Shown here: piece after piece, positions 51,228 through 64,000 of the stretch
Numbering within the stretch: position 1 is the first letter of the stretch
Layout: the number at the start of each line of letters is the position of its first letter
Translations under genes and position numbers: made by a program
From: Phoronis australis
Lineage: Eukaryota; Animalia; Phoronida
DNA length: 64,000 nucleotides
Direction: 5' to 3'
NCBI GenBank assembly: GCA_002633005.1
Contig: NMRA01000416.1
Span: 343,386 to 407,385 of the forward strand
Notes under the pieces: generated by a model
The model's database searches: none
The model's input: the letters and a program-made list of their open reading frames with translations, nothing else
What the model was told of the DNA's origin: nothing

Positions 51228-51633
51228 GTAGGTGCATGATAACATCAGATTGCTGCCATTTTGATGTGTGGTTGTAGTGCCTCCTTTTCCCTCTAATTTT
51301 TATAACCAGATAACAGACTTTTATCCTCAAGCCATCCCGACAATTGAATCAGGTTTCAAAGTTGTAGTCTCTAATTTTGGCCTGTAGTAGCATGCTTTGA
51401 TTGGTGCTTTTTCATTGCCTGTTTTCACACTGTTCTTGTTTCCGCCCATTTCTTATTGTGTGAGCATTTAGTGCATATTTTTCTTCATACATTTGAACTG
51501 TACACCATAACAGGACTCCAGTTAAGTTTCAAATTTATGCATTGAATTAAGACTGCAAATAGATCTCAAACTTCATCACCAATGTCTTTGTCATTGGATT
51601 GTGTGTTTCTTAGGGATCGTTTAACTTTTGTAG

Positions 51634-51745
51634 ATATATTGCTGTGTGGGCATGCTTGCTATTGTGGGCAGGCTCCATCACGTGAGAGCTGACACATTGG
51701 GGTGGTGGCTGTGTGAGAGACAACTGCCCTCTGGTGGCCTGAATG
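51634..51745 (+). CDS. RABGGTB: RABGGTB coding exon 6 (haplotype A)
   Basis: 112 nt; [37 protein letters not shown](G); phase-1 donor. Confidence 0.93.
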
Positions 51746-52300
51746 GTATGTTAAACCATTGATGAAGGATATTGCTCCAAACCACGGCTTTTCTTTTTCA
51801 ATCTTCTTCCCTTGTGTCGCCACCCTGTAGGGTGTGTTTCCCGATTTCGGGAACTCTGGTTACACCCATGTCATTTCAAGTTTGACAGTCATAGCGAAGG
51901 GAGAGAGTGGGCAAAGCAATATTTACATAGTCCATCGCTTTCATTGTCTGAGTTTATCTTATAGGCTGACGTAATCTAGCAATTATGTTGTAAACAGTGC
52001 ACCTGATCCTAACCGATATTTATAAAATAATATTTGCAAACGACTTTCAACACATGCCGTGAAAATGTGTTTTTTTATGAAATACTATCATCTATAAATC
52101 TTCGAACCACGAAAAAGGGTTGATTTTCAGAGATCAAGACTTACATGTACATGTAACTTTCACCTGCTGATTCATAAATGTGTGGCTTGTTTTTTTGCAT
52201 GCTTAGTCACAGCATTGTGTACCAACACAATAAGCTTGTTTGCCAAGTTTAAATGAGCGTCATTCTACATCAGTTCATATTAGAAACTTCTTGGTTTTAA

Positions 52301-52617
52301 GTACTAGTCCACGAGAGCACCAGCCATGAGCGGCAAGGTGGGGGTCAGCCGATTTTCACCAAATTTGGCACATAGGTAGTCCTATGGGATCTATAAACAG
52401 TGGTAAAATATTTCCTCAAAATATTGCGTTTTTCTAAAGTTATAGGCTCAAACACATTTTATGGCTTCGCAGCCATGTTTTCACGGTATAAAACTGTCCA
52501 GATTTAACTGTTCATCTTTTTCCTTGAATGAAAGCTATTGATTTATTATTCACTTGGCATTGTTTAGTGGTGCCTGTAGATTGTTACACAGATGTCTTGA
52601 AACACGATTCCGATTTA
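52301..52617. mobile_element. Left end of a TTAA-flanked DNA element present only in haplotype A (right end at ~56634-56829)
   Basis: TTAA|GTACTAGTCCACG...AGCGGCAAGGTGGGGGTCA pairs with ...TGACCCCCCACCTTGCCGCT...CGTGGACTGATAC|TTAA; empty site GGTTTTAACAGTCC at ~54192. Confidence 0.75.
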
Positions 52618-53024
52618 NATAAGTGGGGTGAAGTGGACTCCAGATTTTCATTTTGTGCCGTCGCCTGCTTGGCGTTAATTGTAAGTTCAGCCAGGGCACT
52701 TGTATGGTTTATCATGAATGTGTCAATTCGTTGAAATGAAGTCTGTTTTGTTTGTGTGTAATAATATCAGTTTGTGGTGTTCAGTGTGTCATGTGACATC
52801 ACAAAACAAACTGGATGGAAATAACATGACTTTTGTATAGGCCTATGGTAACTATCTATACTATACTTATTGCTATTGTTATACATGTTCATTCTTTGGA
52901 ATTGGAGGGAAATGTCTTGGCTAATTTCTTGCCGCAAATTCTTGAAAATGACACTCAGTTATTACGTTTTATTTACCGTCATGGATGGATTGTCTTAAAA
53001 GTACAGCATGTCTTTGCATTACAG

Positions 53025-53135
53025 AATCGTCTAGGTGCCATAAATGTTGAAAAGGCTGTAGATTTTGTAATCTCATGCATGAACTTTGATGGTGGGTTTG
53101 GTTGTCGACCAGGCAGCGAATCACATTCTGGCCAG
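53025..53135 (+). CDS. RABGGTB: RABGGTB coding exon 5 (haplotype B copy)
   Basis: [37 protein letters not shown]; intact splice sites. Confidence 0.8.
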
Positions 53136-53532
53136 GTAGGTGCATGATTACATCAGACTGCTGCCATTTTGATGTGTGGTTGTAGTGCCTGCTTTTCCCT
53201 CTAATTTTTATAACCAGAAAACAGACTTTTATCCTCAAGCCATCCCGACAATTAAATCAGGTTTCAAAGTTGTAGTCTCTAATTTTACCCCTATAGTAGC
53301 ATGCTTTGATTGGTGCTTTTTCATTGCCTGCTTTCACACTGTTCTTGTTTCCGCCCATTGCTTATTGTGTGGGCATTTTGTGCATATTTTTCTCCATACA
53401 TTTGAACTGTACACCATAACAGGACTCCAGTTAAGTTTCAAATTTATGCATTGAATTAAGACTGCAAACTTCATCACCAATGTCTTTGTCAGTGGAATTG
53501 TGTGTTTCTTAAGGATCGTTTAACTTTTGTAG

Positions 53533-53644
53533 ATATATTGCTGTGTGGGCATGCTTGCTATTGTGGGCAGGCTCCATCACGTGAGAGCCGACACATTGGG
53601 GTGGTGGCTGTGTGAGAGACAACTGCCCTCTGGTGGCCTGAATG
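53533..53644 (+). CDS. RABGGTB: RABGGTB coding exon 6 (haplotype B copy)
   Basis: 112 nt; same peptide as 51634-51745. Confidence 0.8.
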
Positions 53645-54377
53645 GTATGTTAAACCATTGATTAAGGATATTGCTCCAAACCATGGCTTTTCTTTTTCAA
53701 TCTTCTTCCCTTGTGTCGCCACCTTGTAGGGTGAGTTTCCCGATTTTGGGAACTCTGGTTACACCCATGTCATTTCAAGTTTGACAGTCATAGCGAAGGG
53801 AGAGAGTTGGCAAACCAATATTTACATAGTCCATCGCTTTCATTGTCAGAGTTTATCTTATAGGCTGAAGTAATCTAGCAATTATGTTGTAAACAGTGCA
53901 CCTGATCCTAACCGATATTTATAAAATAATATTTGCAAACGACTTTCAACACATGCCGTGAAAATGTGTTTTTTTATGAAATACTATCATCTATAAATCT
54001 TCGAACCACGAAAAAAGGTTGATTTTCAGAGATCAAGACTTACATGTACATGTAACTTTCACCTGCTGATTCATAAATGTGTGGCTTATTTTTCTGCATG
54101 CTTAGTCACAGCATTGTGTACCAACACAATAAGCTTATTTGCCAAGTTTAAATGAGCGTGATTCTAGATGAGTTAATATTAGAAACTTCTTGGTTTTAAC
54201 AGTCCAGGAGAATGGTACATAATGCTTTTCTATACTTCCTGTATTTCAGGTTTCTCTGATGTAGTGTTTTAAAAGCTATTTTTCCTGCTCTGTTATTTAA
54301 CTTAACTTTTTAGTTCAAACAATAATCATTGCATGCTGTCATATTTTACTGTTTGATAACTGCAATCTGGCTTGTAA

Positions 54378-54503
<126 letters not shown>

Positions 54504-54768
54504 TGAATTGCTGACCAGTTTATAATTCTTTTGAACAGAACTATTTCCTGTTTGTGCTGATGCAGTTAATGTATTTAGTCAGCATCTCCCTGACATTTTT
54601 ATTTTTCCACAAGTCCATAGTTGGATGGGTGCATATTGCTGTCATCAGTGTCTGGGCATCCAGCATTTGCTGTTATATCTCCTAATCCTATCATAGTATC
54701 TTCATGGGCCACACGGATTTCTTCTCTCATTAATTTTTGACTGTCCAGTCATGTTAATTCTTTTTTAG

Positions 54769-54843
54769 GATAAGTTAAGAAGATACATTCTAGCATGCCA
54801 AGATGAAGAAAGTGGAGGTTTTGCAGACAGGCCAGGTGACATG
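54769..54843 (+). CDS. RABGGTB: RABGGTB coding exon 8 (haplotype B)
   Basis: 75 nt; [25 protein letters not shown]. Confidence 0.92.
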
Positions 54844-55019
54844 GTAAGGATCAAGACTTGTTACGAAGCTTGCAAAGTCAAGTTAAAACTTAAAAGTTAG
54901 TCAAAATACTTGTGTAAAGAAGGGAATGAAATTAATGAAGATTGGCCATTGTTTGAGACAGAGAAGCAAATGTTGTTAAAAATTTATTGCTATTCTGTTT
55001 CTGTTTCTGTGGTGACGTC

Positions 55020-56090
55020 AGAGGGTAGGCACTAGGATAGTCTCTGGCCCTCCTCCTTCCGGTATCGCACGTTATGTAAATTTGGAGATGCAACCAAGAT
55101 TGTGCTGGTTACACACTCTTCGATCTTTTCCCCTGATACGAGTTTTTGCTGCATTTCCGTATTGCCATCCTCGCTCTATGAGGCGCTTTGTTGCCCATCT
55201 CTCCTGCTGTTGTACAATCTCGGCATCTGTAAGCGGTTCGCGCACTCTGGAGATTGTATCTGCTGGTGTGAGGAGCAGGTCGGCAATCAGTTCTGCGATG
55301 CCTGCAAGCTCATCTGCCTTGATGTTGAATGAGATGCCACAGTGTCCTGGTATATCAACACTGGTTAAGAGACCATTAACAGAGCTGAACAGAGGGATCC
55401 AGGAATCTTTCATATGACCAGTTTTTAGCCTGCTGATGAGGCTGAGGGAGTCTGTAAGTGGAAATGATCTGTCTGCAGGTGTTGTGTTCTGTGAGAGCCA
55501 GACTAAGGCGTCTTCATATGCTTCACATTCAGCTCTAAAAGACGAGGATTTTCCAACCCGTGCTGTTGACCATTCGAAGAGGCGTTGACCCTCACGAGTC
55601 CAAGCAACTGCTGCCCAAGCCATAGTGTCACCTCTTAGTGAGCTGTCCGTTGCAACAATGATTGTGGGAGATTGTTCTTCAAGCTATTCCGATACAGTTG
55701 CTTGGTTGATACAGTCAGCTCTTTCCTGCCAATGACGGCCTCTAATCTCCATGGTGTTGATGACAAAGTTTGTGACTTTGGGCCACTCTATGCTGTTAAT
55801 GTTCTCCACTGGACATACCTCTTCGACAAGCTCCCTAGCTCCGATAACCCATGATTGAACAGTTTTCAGCCTCTGTGCAGTGTGCTCATCACTATGCTCT
55901 CTCAAGTCCAGGTACAGAGGATGAGAGTTGGTTGTAGCTGCCTTTAGAAATGCTTGGGCTCCAAGTGTCTTCTGTTTAGTACGGAAGCTATTGATACCTA
56001 ACCAGTATGGGAGACTGTCTACCGAAGTGGGTCTAGCTGCACTGGTTACTATCCTCATGGCCTGGTTTTGAATCCTCTGTAGAGTAAAGT
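55020..56090 (-). mobile_element. Decayed RNase H-containing non-LTR retrotransposon fragment (I-group-like) in RABGGTB intron 8
   Basis: LQRIQNQAMRIVTSA...; RNase H motifs IVATDSS, SSFRAE, TDSLS, IPGHCGISFNIKADELA; second (haplotype A) copy at ~57650-58715. Confidence 0.8.
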
Positions 56091-56168
56091 ACAAATACCA
56101 AATTTTTAAGCAAATTAGTATGACACAGGTTTTTCATTAAAACATGTAATTCCAGCTTTTTGTTTCAG

Positions 56169-56312
56169 GTCGACCCATTCCATACCTTATTTGGTATCAC
56201 TGGTCTGTCATTGCTGGGAAGTTCAGAGGTTAAGCCAGTCAATCCCATATTTTGCATGCCTGAGGAAACGATACGAAGACTAGGGATCAGAGTTCAACTT
56301 TTGGAGCTCTAG
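56169..56312 (+). CDS. RABGGTB: RABGGTB coding exon 9, last (haplotype B)
   Basis: [17 protein letters not shown]...[13 protein letters not shown]...LLEL*; the nine exons sum to 999 nt = 332 aa plus stop. Confidence 0.92.
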   Translation, partial: VDPFHTLFGITGLSLLGSSEVKPVNPIFCMPEETIRRLGIRVQLLEL

Positions 56313-57012
56313 CCAATCAAAACATTCCGTTAAGGTCACAAGAGGACTGGATTTGTTCAATGTCACAATGTAACTGTTACTGAATGAGGGGATATCAGGA
56401 CTCTTTGTATACCTACTGCCTATGTGATGACAACTTTATGGATGAGAGTTGATTTCTATGGAGGCATCATTGATTCAAGATATAAAGGAAACTTTTCTAT
56501 AATGCTCCGTAACAAAGAAAACAGTAAAATGGTACAGTGTCAACCAGAAATTGTGGCGTGAAATGAAAGAAAAAATTGTCACACTTTTCACCATGTGAAA
56601 AGTGGAGGATTTGGCACCAGCAAATTAGTGCANCAAGAAATAGCCTCATTTTGCCCCCCAGAACACTTCCCTTGTATCTCCTAAACCACCAAACTTTGTG
56701 GTGTCATACGTCACCCATTTTCTCTCATCCCTAATGTGATTTATCAGACTAAACGTGGATCTGAATGGTTGACCCCCCACCTTGCCGCTTGTTGGCTGTA
56801 CGGTGGTCGGTGGATCCGTGGACTGATACTTAACAGTCCAAGAGAATGGTACATAATGCTTTTATATACGTCCTGTATTTCAGGTTTCTCTGATGTAGTA
56901 TTTTAAAAGCTATTTTTTCCTGCTCTGTTATTTAACTTAACTTTTTAGTTCAAACAATAATCATTGCATGCCGTCATATTTTACTGTTTGATAACCGCAA
57001 TCTGGCTTGTAA

Positions 57013-57138
<126 letters not shown>

Positions 57139-57401
57139 TGAATTGCTGACCAGTTTCTAATTCTTTTGAACAACTATTTCCTGTTTGTGCTGGTGCAGTG
57201 AATATATTTAGTCAGCATCTCCCTGACATTTTTATTTTCCCACAAGTCCATAGTTGTATGGGTGCATATTGCTGTCATCACTGTCTGGGCGTCCAGCATT
57301 TGCAGTTATATCTCCTAACCCTATCATAGGATCTTCGTGGGCTACATGGATTTCTTCTCTCATTAATTTTTGACTGTCCAGTCATGTTAATTCTTTTTTA
57401 G

Positions 57402-57476
57402 GATAAGTTAAGAAGATACATTCTAGCATGCCAAGATGAAGAAAGTGGAGGTTTTGCAGACAGGCCAGGTGACATG
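57402..57476 (+). CDS. RABGGTB: RABGGTB coding exon 8 (haplotype A copy)
   Basis: Same peptide as 54769-54843. Confidence 0.85.
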
Positions 57477-57649
57477 GTAAGGATCAAGACTTGTTATGAA
57501 GCTTGCAAAGTCGAGTTAAAACTTAAAAGTTAGTCAAAATACTTGTGTAAAGAAGGGAATGAAATAAATGAAGATTGGCCATTGTTTGAGACAGAGAAGC
57601 AAATGTTGTTAAAAATTTATTGCTATTCTGTTTCTGTGGTGACGTCAGA

Positions 57650-58715
57650 GGGTAGGCACCGGGATAGTCTCTGGTCCTCCTCCCAGTATCGCACGCAATG
57701 TAAATTTGGAGATGCAACCAAGTTCGTGCAGGTTACACACTCTTCAATCTTTTCCCCTGATACGAGTTTTTGCTGCATCTCTGTATTGCCATCCTCGCTC
57801 TATGAGGCGCTTTGTTGCCCGTCTCTCCTGCTGTTGTACAATCTCGGCATCTGTAAGCGATTCACGCACTCTGGAGATTATATCTGCTGGTGTGAGGAGC
57901 AGGTTGGCAATCGGTTCTGCGATGCCTGCAAGCTCATCCGCCTTGACGTTGAATGAGATGCCACAGTGTCCTGGTATATAAACACTGGTGAAGAGACCTT
58001 TAATAGAGCTGAACAGAGGGATCCAGGAATCTTTCATGTGACCAGTTTTTAGCCTGCTGATGAGGCTGAGGGAGTCTGCAAGTAGAAATGATCTGTCTGC
58101 ATGTGTTGTGTTCTGTGAGAGCCAGACTAGGGCGTCTTCATACGCTTCACATTCAGCTCTAAAAGACAAGGATTTTCCAACCCATGCTGTTGACCATTCA
58201 AAGAGGCGTTGATCCTCGCTAGTCCAACCAGCTGCTGCCCAAGCTGTAGTGTCACCTCTTAGTGAGCCGTCCATTGCAACAATGATTGTGGGAGATTGTT
58301 CTTCAAGCCATTCCGATACAGTTGCTTGGTTGACATAGTCAGCTCTTTCCTGCTAATGACGGCCTCCAATCTCCATGGTGTTGATGACAATGTTTGTGGC
58401 TTTGGGCCACTCTATGCTGTTGATGTTCTCCACTGGACATACCTCTTCGACAAGCTCCCAAAGCTGCGATAGCCCGTGATTGAACAGTTTTCTGCCTCTG
58501 TGCAATGTGCTCATCACTATGCTCTCTCAAGTCCAGGTACAGAGGATGAGAGTTGGTTGTAGCTGCCTTTAGAAATGCTTGGGCTGCTAGTGTCTTCTGT
58601 TTAGTACGGATGCTATTGATACCTAACCAGTATTGGAGACTGTCTACCAGAGTGAGTCTAGCTGCACTGGTTACTATCCTCATGGCCTGGTTTTGAATCC
58701 TCTGTAGAGTGAAGT
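57650..58715 (-). mobile_element. Haplotype A copy of the RNase H-containing LINE fragment
   Basis: ORFs 57744-58274 and 58339-58719 match 55072-56094. Confidence 0.78.
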
Positions 58716-58793
58716 ACAAATACCAAATTTTTAAGCAAATTAGTATGACACAGGTTTTTCATTAAAACATGTAATTCCAGCTTTTTGTTTCAG

Positions 58794-58937
58794 GTCGACC
58801 CATTCCATACATTATTTGGTATCACTGGTCTGTCATTGCTGGGAAGTTCAGAGGTTAAGCAAGTCAATCCCATATTTTGCATGCCTGAGGAAACGATACG
58901 AAGACTAGGTATCAGAGTTCAACTTTTGGAGCTCTAG
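58794..58937 (+). CDS. RABGGTB: RABGGTB coding exon 9 (haplotype A copy)
   Basis: 144 nt including TAG; VKQVNP in place of VKPVNP; AATAAA at 59462 downstream. Confidence 0.85.
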   Translation, partial: VDPFHTLFGITGLSLLGSSEVKQVNPIFCMPEETIRRLGIRVQLLEL

Positions 58938-60331
58938 CCAATCAAAACATTCCGTTAAGGTCACAAGAGGACTGGATTTGTTCAATGTCACAATGTAACT
59001 GTTACTGAATAAGGGGATATCAGGACTCTTTGTATACCTACTGCCTATGTGATGACAACTTCATGGATGAGAGTTTATTTCTATGGAGGCATCATTGATT
59101 CAAGATATAAAGGAAACTGTTCTAGAATGCTCCGTAACAAAGAAAACAGTAAAATGGTACAGTGTCAACCCGAAATTGTAGCGTGAAATGAAAGAAAAAA
59201 TTGTCACACTTTTCACCATGTGAAAAGTGGAGGATTTGGCACCAGCAAATTAGTGCACAAACAATTATGTTGCATGGAGACAGAGTCCAATTCTGCAATT
59301 TGACTGTTCATAATAGATGGTCAGGATAGCTCAGACTGTATTAGTTTGAGAGTTTGCTACTAGAGTTCGCTTGTAGAGTGTTTGTGAGGAGGCCATTGGT
59401 GCTTCTAAGGGAAACTATTTCCATTTGGATACTGGACAGCCAGGACTAGATACCAGTCTACAATAAAGTACACCATACAATCCACATNCACAAATGCATA
59501 ATTTGATAGCAATGTAAGGATATTTTATCATTCCAAAATACTCTCCCTCCTCTTTTTCTTTTCAGAACCATATACTACTATACTGTCTTGTATGTTTTTG
59601 TTTTCTTTTGTTAAATGTATTTCAAAATCCGGTTCACGTATATTTTTAACTTAGTAAACTTTATTTTCATTGAATTGTAAAGTAAGGCAAGGGAACCCAG
59701 ACCTTTGTCCTTACTTATGTTGAACTGGGAGAATAAAAAAATTAAAAAAAAAAATGATAAATAGATTCTGACCATGGCAAGGAAAATTATGAGACTGATT
59801 TTATGAGAGCAAAAATTTTTAATTAATTTTTTGTAACCTAAACAGGGTGAAATGCAGGTTTGAAGGATACCAAACATGGTTTGAACCTATGAACAGATAT
59901 TAAAAACAACTTTCTATCCTAGTTCTCTGAAAAATAATGCTCTGTAACCCACAAAATCTTACAGATGTTTGGAGCAAAATTTGAAAACTTCTTTTAAAGT
60001 CTGCTAAATGAACAAGCGTGACCTATGCGAGTTGCAGGGCAAGTGTAGGGAAAGGCTATCCGCCAGGAACCATACTATCTAAGCTGTGTCACAGACAGTA
60101 TGAATTTATAGGTGAATGAACTGCTTTTATCGTTCAAGTGGTGTGCCTGACTAATGCATTAACAGGAGGCAGATGGAAGTGTTGGATGAAATCACAAAAC
60201 AGGGAGTAGCCTAAGTTATCTGTTTATTTCCTTGAACTTTAATGTGCCCGTAAGCTTACACTTATAATGGAGACTGCTGTTTTCATAAGCCTTGGGGTTT
60301 TGCTAATGAGCTGATGCCGTCTTTTTAGAGT

Positions 60332-60591
60332 TTATATCGAAAGAACGACGGTGAACAGGATAACTAGAAGGGCAATTGACAAGATAGTGCCAAATATGGA
60401 CGTTCCGAGTGCCGCGCGTCCTTTCATGCGAGCATCCTGTATGTTCCCTCTGTTGTACGACTCCGTGGAACTCATAGAAAGCACTATTGCAATAAAACCA
60501 AAAAGAGGGTTGAACATGAAACAGGTAAAAATTGAGCACGCCATGAAGTTGGGTGGCTTTGGGCTGGCAGGTTGAACTAAGATTTCACCAC
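60332..60591 (-). CDS. CD225/dispanin-family (IFITM/PRRT1-like) membrane protein, coding exon 2
   Basis: PPNFMACSIFTCFMFNPLFGFIAIVLS...YNRGNIQDARMKGRAA plus a C-terminal TM; acceptor TTTCTTCAG, phase 1. Confidence 0.85.
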
Positions 60592-61569
60592 CTGAAGAAA
60601 AGAAGGTTTCGGTTACAAAGCAGACGGTCACAGTGGTACAACCACTAACTAAGCAAAATGAAAACTATTGTACGCGACGATTGTATTCAGCGGAATCCGA
60701 TGGGAAGTGTGATCACGTTGTTTCTATGTCACGTTTCTAGACTTAAAACACTCCAAGCATAGACATCACATTAGTATTAAGATGTCTATGACTTCAAGAT
60801 TCCTGTTGCCACTATAGTAAAACGGGTTTGTTGTAGATTTTATAGCAGTAGCGTGCAGAAGGGGGGGGGACGCGACTACCCAAATAGGGGGACATCCAAT
60901 CACAATGAATAACCTTTTTGAAATTGTGACTGACTGATTCCACTCGTGGTTACATTAAACAAAGTTTCTGTTTTATGTTTCTTCTTTTTTACTTTTCCTG
61001 GTACTAAGATCCATGCGTTTGAATAGAGAGGCCGCGGACATCCAATAAAAGTATAAATAGCCCTGTGCATCACTAAACCTCTGTGCGCTGTTGTTTAGTA
61101 CTCCATTTTCACTGAAATAACGTGTTTTTGCATTTTAATACGTCAAAGCCGAAAATACAAATTTTGAGGACAGTAGTCTCCACCAACCGGTTATATGAAA
61201 GTAGCAACCGTTTGGCCTAAGCGTGTGGACTTCGCAAATGTTGCAGCGTCGATTGTTTTAGTTTAAAGATATAGCAAGAGTAAACTCTACATTGAATTCT
61301 CATTGAAAATAAACAAAGATCATGCAATGTCTCACATTTAAGAACTTGGTCCTTATTTATTTTCGTTGAAATAAGGTTTCGAGTTTTCAAATATATTTTT
61401 TAGAAAACTTCAAAAGTAAAAGAGGAGGTCGCAATAAAGATAAAGTGATTGAAGATGTAGCATTAGTGAGAAAATAAAGAATACAAATACGCTGAAAATT
61501 TAGGGAACCTAATTGAGTGCCTACTGGCACTATTTTGTGCCACCAGCCATTGATCGATGTACGTTAGTC

Positions 61570-62000
61570 TAGTTGCCCAAAAGTAAAACTTGCAATGTTG
61601 TTTACTGTAAATTTTTCTTTTGGAAATTTATTATGTGTGGTTAAGGGAACATTTTTTATAATTTATGATGGCAGCGGCCGCCATCTTGAATTTCACCCAA
61701 TTTCCATCTTCTGAACATGCTTGCAGGATCCTCGACTGCAATATATCGTTAGGCAGTTTTTGGCCTTTGACCTGTGGTTTGGCCTCGAGTACGACCCAAA
61801 ACATCAGAAAATGGTATAAACGATGTATCGCATGTCCCTGTAAGTCAATCAGTGGTCCAAAATTCAAAATGGTGCTATCTGCCTTCTTGAATTGCAAAAA
61901 ATGCAACCAAACTAAATTTGTTCTCCTGATATTTGACATATTTCAACAAAAAAACTTACAGTAATCAACATTGCAGGGTTAACTATTGGTGCTATTGGGC
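61570..62000. mobile_element. Inverted-repeat-bounded non-autonomous element in the dispanin intron
   Basis: TGCAATGTTGTTTACTGTAA (~61591) is mirrored by TTACAGTAATCAACATTGCA (~61956). Confidence 0.45.
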
Positions 62001-62039
62001 CGGCAAATGGACTATATACTTAGGCTAATGCTGACTTAC

Positions 62040-62223
62040 TCCACGTTTGCGTAGTAATCACTTGTCCTGTATTGAACTGGTGGCCATAGTATGGCGGTGG
62101 AGGAGCACCTTGAGGTGCCGGCTGAGTCGGGCCCGGGTACGGTGACGGATTCGTCCCCGGGTTCTGAGCTTCGTCGCCGTAACAGTGGGTTGTCAGGACT
62201 GTTTTGTCGCTTTCAAATGACAT
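62040..62223 (-). CDS. CD225/dispanin-family protein, coding exon 1 (Pro-rich N-terminus with PPPPY)
   Basis: ACAG|ATG at 62223; donor GTAAGT at 62039; the phase-1 join gives TQTW-S-GEIL; 184+260 = 444 nt = 147 aa plus stop. Confidence 0.82.
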
Positions 62224-62829
62224 CTGTAATTTGTAAACAGAACTAAAACACATTTAGCTTGTCACGGTGACTTACGGATATGTAAGGTCTCATAATTAAG
62301 TGTTAAAAATACTCTGAGTAGGCCTATAAGAAGACGTACACAGATACACTGTGAACTAAAGGTATTTTTCGTATGGCAGGAACCACAAGGTTTCTTTTGC
62401 ATGTCAGCTGACTACACTTACAGACACGCGACGAATGACTTTTTCAGACCTCGAACACCCTTACGACAACATTCGCGTGCTTCATAAAATGATCAGCCAG
62501 TTCAGGGCCGGATTAATAACGGAGCAGAAGTAGCCTAGCATATCCTCTACAGCTTTCGTGCCTTTTGGGGTCCCGCGCTCACAGGAGTTTTCGGGGCGCC
62601 AATACCATAATATAGATGTTTCAGGTGATGCGAACCCGATTTGGAAATTTAGTGTTTTGGGCGCCGCCATTTGTGTGTAGGGTCAAGCTGGGTGCGGTAA
62701 CTCCACTGAATAAGACATTCAAAGAATTGTAGGTGACTTAGTAGGCCTACTACTCAAAGCTTGAGTTTGGAAATAAAAACCGCGGGTTCCAAAAAGCATA
62801 GACTGATTCGGGCATTGCTTGATTTTTAA

Positions 62830-62990
62830 CCAGATTCTTGAATTTATAGTTTGGGTTTTCTTGAAACACAGAGCAGAAAATTTTGCAAAACTTGACAAAG
62901 GAAGTTGATTTTTCAGTAAGCAGATTCTTGAATTTACAGTGGGTTTTCTTGAAACACGGAGCAGCAAAATTTGCAAAACTTGACAAAGGT
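62830..62990. repeat. ~90-bp tandem duplication
   Basis: CAGATTCTTGAATTTA...GGGTTTTCTTGAAACAC...TTTGCAAAACTTGACAAAGG occurs twice. Confidence 0.7.
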
Positions 62991-63199
62991 AAAATTATTA
63001 TTACATTAGCTCAACCGCGGGACTTCTGATTAGATCAAGGTGAGTAACTTCATTATGTTGAAATCGTCCATCGTCTATTTCTTATCTGTAACTTATTTCA
63101 GCACCATAAAGTAATATAGGAGCAACCGCTGAATCAAAGAGTTTGAAAGAAACTTTTGCATCTCTAGTAGTGTCCATGGTATGTAAAAAGTGCTTCACA

Positions 63200-63900
63200 A
63201 TATTAAATGCTTTGTTTGAGTGTTGGGCACGTGTTCTACAACACACTGAGCAATGAAGCTTGTATGAAAATACAAGTCCTAAATACTTATGTTAACTGCA
63301 CACCTTTAACTCACTTCGTTTGTGAAACCACTTTTCTTATTTCTTTAATTTCGTACTATTATAAAATACAACTAAATTAAGACTTTCCAATGTTTACAGA
63401 CATATTTCATTTAAGACAGAAACTTTCAAGGGCACTAAGCCGTCGTTGCAAATCCCCGACTACAGAGTCACCAAATGACGTGATATCATCTGCAAAAAGC
63501 AATAAGAAGGTAGCCTCGATATCTTCGATCACTTGGATACCAGATTCCTTTTCGCTGCTCATTTCAACAGCTAAGAAGACTAAGCATACAACTCTGCCTC
63601 ACCCCAGTCCTACACTCAAGTGTATTTCATTATATTACGAGGTTTGATTTTTGCATTGACATTAGCATATTATACATGCTTTGTAGGGTTTTAAGTAGTG
63701 ACCCTGAGACACCTTTTGAAATTAAAATATAAAAATATTTCGACCTGTCTATAGAGTCAAACGCTTTTCCATAGTTGATAAAGGCACAATAAAATGGACT
63801 CGATTTGTTTCTTAACAAATATTTCTCAACCATGCAATTAAATGTAAAAATGTTATCAACCGTAGAATATTTTTTCCTAAAACCAGCCTGTTCTTCTATA
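63200..63900 (-). mobile_element. Decayed APE-type non-LTR retrotransposon RT fragment
   Basis: Minus strand: EEQAGFRKKYSTVDNIF, YCAFINYGKAFDSIDR, LLFADDI, LQRRLSALESFC. Confidence 0.8.
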
Positions 63901-64000
63901 ACTAGAATATCTTTTCCTAAAACCAGCCTGTTCTTCTATAACTAGAATATTCTTTTCCTAAAACCAGCCTGTTCTTCTATAACTAGAATATTCTTTTCCT
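63862..64000. repeat. ~40-bp tandem repeat (at least 3 copies, runs off the window)
   Basis: TAGAATAT(T)CTTTTCCTAAAACCAGCCTGTTCTTCTATAAC repeated. Confidence 0.85.

Overview
Eukaryotic (animal, probably invertebrate) genomic DNA from a heterozygous draft scaffold with single-N joins at about 6763, 15050, 28217, 46311, 52618, 56633 and 59488. Genes: (1) a tandem cluster of four MS4A/CD20-like four-TM membrane protein genes on +, each with a single coding exon (9577-10347, 22841-23467, 31388-32065, 36902-37615); copies 2-4 sit in roughly 4-6 kb duplicated units. (2) RABGGTB (Rab geranylgeranyltransferase beta), 9 coding exons, 332 aa, from 40636; its 3' half appears twice, most likely because two haplotypes are interleaved. 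(3) A convergent CD225/dispanin (IFITM/PRRT1-like) gene on the minus strand, 147 aa. The rest is rich in transposon debris: TTAA-flanked Kolobok-like elements (one with a THAP remnant), a MITE family with 5-bp TSDs carrying a tRNA-like Pol III cassette, HERO-like, CR1/L2-like, Penelope-like and RNase H-bearing LINE fragments, palindromes and microsatellites. The best candidate for new biology is the MS4A-like cluster, in which the first extracellular loop varies in length and sequence, the second is short and fixed, and the cytoplasmic tails differ. All family assignments come from reading motifs by eye; no database searches were run.
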